Of a DNA stretch of 64,000 nucleotides, positions 60,972 through 64,000 are shown one piece after another. Source of the stretch: Octopus sinensis. Its lineage: Eukaryota. The translations under genes were made by a program, and so were the position numbers. The stretch covers positions 24,800,001 through 24,864,000 of the forward strand of contig NC_043017.1 in NCBI RefSeq assembly GCF_006345805.1. Direction: 5' to 3'. The stretch's first letter is position 1, and the number at the start of each line of letters is the position of its first letter. Under the pieces are notes generated by a model. That model saw nothing but the letters and a program-made list of their open reading frames with translations. It did not search any database and had not been told where the DNA came from.

Positions 60972-62165
60972 ATATATTAGGCACAAGAGTGGCTGTGTGG
61001 TAAGTAGCTTGTTTACCAACTGCATAGTACTGGGTTCAGTCCCACTATGTGGCACCTTGGGCAAGTGTCTTCTACTATAGTCTTGGGCCGACCAAAGCCT
61101 TGTAAGTAAATTTGGTAGACAGAAACTGAAAGAAGCCCGTCATATATATATATATGTATGTATATGTTTGTGTGTCTGTGTTTGTCCCCCCCCCCCCAAC
61201 ATCGCTTGACAACCGATGCTGGTGTGTTTGTGTCCCCGTAACTTAGCAGTTCAGCAAAAGAGACAGCTAGAATAAGTACTAGGCTTACAAAGAATAAGCC
61301 CTAAGGTTGATTTGCTCAACTAAAGGAGGTGCTCCAGCATGGCCACAGTCAAATGACTTAAACAAATAAAAGAATATATATATATATATATATATATATA
61401 AACATACAATGGGTTTTTTTCAGTTTCTGTCTACCAAATCTACTCAAAGCTTTGGTTGGCCCAAGGCTTTAGTAAAAGACACTTGCTCAAGGTGCCACAC
61501 AGTGGGACTGAACTTGGAACCATGTGGTTGGGAAGCAAACTTCTTACCACACAGAGTACTTTTCAAATGGTGTAGATTAAAATCATATGGGAAATACACG
61601 AGGAAAAAATAAGACTACGTGGGTGTGCATTCATACATACTGACATACATCACAACTGTCTTCAACATTTCAAGTTTCATTTTGTAGCTATATCAGTGAC
61701 GTGTTACTATACATGTGTGCATGTCCAATTATTATTATTTTTTTTTTCACATAAGCGCAGGAGTGGCTGTGTGGTAAGTAGCTTGTTTACCAACCACATG
61801 GTTCCGGGTTCAGTCCCACTGCGTGGCACCTTGGGCAAGTGTCTTCTACTATAGCCTTGGGCCAACCAAAACCTCGTGAGTGTATTTGGTAGATGGAAAC
61901 TGAAAGAAGCCTGTCATATATATGAATATATATATATATATATGCATGTGTGTGTTTCTGTGTCTGTGTTTGTCCCCCTAGCATTGCTTGACAACCGATG
62001 CTGGTGTGTTTATGTCTCCGTTACTTAGCGGTTCGGCAAAAGAGACCGATAGAATAAGTACTGGGCTTACAAAAGAATAAGTCCCGGGGTCGAGTTGCTC
62101 GATTGTAGGCGGTGCTCCAGCATGGCCGCAGTCAAATGACTGAAACAAGTAAAAGAGTAAAGAGT
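60138..62165. mobile_element. Four SINE B copies in alternating orientation
   Basis: About 60138-60512 (-), 60983-61375 (+), 61405-61552 (-) and 61757-62165 (+). Confidence 0.85.
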
Positions 62166-62829
62166 ATTAAATTCCGATATAATCATAATTTACACTATCT
62201 GAAGTGAATTAGTTGAAAATTTCAGATGCACTGGAACAGCCATTCTGACTCACAGGGCTCACACATGCAGCCATTTCCACCCTGATAGTGGCGAGCAGGG
62301 ATATAGTATGGGGTCCAAGAACATGCCATACATAATTAAACGGAAGCTTCTCAAACAACCACAGACATACTTCAATGGGAGCAAATGACGTAAGCCATGT
62401 TTGGGAGAGAGAGCATGAATCCTACAGTATTTCTTGATTAAATTCGTCCCTTTCTTAAATGAATTTGTCTTTTTCTCAAATGAATTCGTCGCTTTGATAT
62501 CAAAGCCAATTTAGATCTTAAATATTTAAAAAATTAGACATCTATAAGTTTAAACCAACATACAAAATAATATCTTAACATGACAATAGTGAAAATAAAC
62601 AAAAAACTAAACTTAAAATGATTTATATTTATTTTAAAACTCTTGTAATCATAGATATTTCACAAATCCATATTCAATGCTTTTGGGATGAAAAATGTTT
62701 AATGCTGATCATATCTTGCACCATTTACAGCAGCTGTTGAATCCATTGCAAGATACATTGCTGTTTTTAAAATATTCATTCTAGAATTGTCATGGGCAAA
62801 TTTTCTGGTCTGTTGTAGAGATCATTTTT

Positions 62830-63209
62830 ATAATAATAATAATATAATAATAATAATAATAATAATTGTGTACAGTGCTCAGGTGCACTACAACTCATCT
62901 AAAGTGTATATATAATCAGGTGTAGTTTCGACGGATTTCGGAAAGCATGAGGGCCTTAAAGGATGCAGTGTCATGGCAGTCAACAACTGATGCAGGCAGT
63001 TTATTCCACGCTTCAGCAACCCTGAGCGTGAAAAAATGTTTCCGAAAGTCATGGGAGCTGTGCTGTTTTCTGACTTTGTAGGCATGTCCACGTGTGTTAG
63101 ACACATGGAGATCAAAAAGGTGTTCAGTGTTATTGTTGGTGAGGTGGTTGATAACCTTGTGGGTGTTTACCAAGTCTGTCGCTAGACGCCGGAGCTTCAG
63201 TGAATCCAT
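62830..63209 (-). mobile_element. CR1-type LINE 3' end with a (TAA)n tail
   Basis: LKLRRLATDLVNTHKVI...TRGHAYKV...RKHFFTLRVAEAWNKLPASVV is the CR1-group RT C-terminus. Confidence 0.85.
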
Positions 63210-63315
63210 GCCCAGGGAAACAAGGCACTCAGAATATGATTCTATTGATTATGCTTCACAAAAGATTTCAATTTGTTGAACATTTCCTCAATGGGATTAA
63301 ACATTAACATAAGCC

Positions 63316-63855
63316 AAGGAGTGACTGTGTGGTAAGTAGCTTGCTTACGAACCACATGGTTCCGGGTTCAGTCCCACTGCGTGGCACCTTGGGCCGACCA
63401 AAGCCTTGTGAGTGGATTTGGTAGATGGAAACTGAAAGAAGCCCGTCGTATATGTATGTGTGTGCTTGTCCCCCCCAACATCGCTTGACAATTGATGCTG
63501 GTGTGTTTACGTCCCCGTAACTTAGCCTTTAGTCGAGCAAATCGACCCCTGGACTTATTCTTTGTAAGCCTAGTACTTATTCTATTGGTCTCTTTTGCCA
63601 AACCGCTAAATTATGGGGACGTAAACACACCAGCATTGGTTGTCAAGAGATGTTGAAGGGACGAACACAGACACAGAAACACACATATATATATATATAT
63701 GTACATATATACAACAGGCTCCTTTCAGTTTCCGTCTACCAAATCCACTCACAAGGCTTTGGTCGGCCTGAGGCTATAGTAGAAGACACTTGCCCAAGGT
63801 GTGTGATGCAGTGGGCCTGAACCTGGAACCATGTGGTTGGTAATCAAGCTACTTA
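63316..63855. mobile_element. Tail-to-tail fused SINE B pair (fold-back)
   Basis: A plus copy at 63316-63525 is joined directly to a minus copy at 63526-63855. Confidence 0.8.
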
Positions 63856-64000
63856 CCACACAGCCACTCCTGCGCTCAATCTATTCACATTATCTTGTAG
63901 CTTTGAGATATCGATGATATGGTTGTCTAAAATGACATTGCAAGGCAAGTGTGAGGGGCCAGATCTGGCAGTTTGAACATAAAACAGGCAGAATACCTTT

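Noticed and set aside
60920-60980. (AT)n, (GA)n, (CAT)n and (GATTT)n microsatellites
   Set aside because: They are ordinary, and mostly SINE linkers or tails.

Overview
This is eukaryotic, AT-rich, repeat-dense DNA. It is most likely from an octopus or other coleoid cephalopod, inferred from the SINE families and the clustered single-coding-exon C2H2 zinc-finger genes; I could not confirm this by search. The window holds a tandem C2H2-ZNF cluster. Five minus-strand genes (A 9879, B 21377, C 30112, D 36078, F 44147; positions are start codons) and one partial copy (E) are followed by an inverted plus-strand pair: a fingerless stub H and the full-length 674-aa gene G. The complete units share a short non-coding exon 1 (GAG|gtattt donor), an intron, a conserved splice acceptor, a ~230-370-nt leader containing a 7-codon uORF, an acidic N-terminal peptide with an IKxE motif and no KRAB-like domain, a finger array, and a 3' tail made of decayed finger codons. 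An apparently intact 2.5-kb hAT transposon (510-aa transposase, TIRs, 8-bp TSD) sits in sense orientation inside the leader exon of H. The rest is four SINE families, non-autonomous Helitrons, piggyBac, hAT and GG-ended MITEs, and fragments of CR1, RTE, L1/Tx1 and Penelope-like retroelements. Termini, TSDs, splice sites and uORFs were read base by base; other repeat boundaries are approximate (about +/-10-20 bp).
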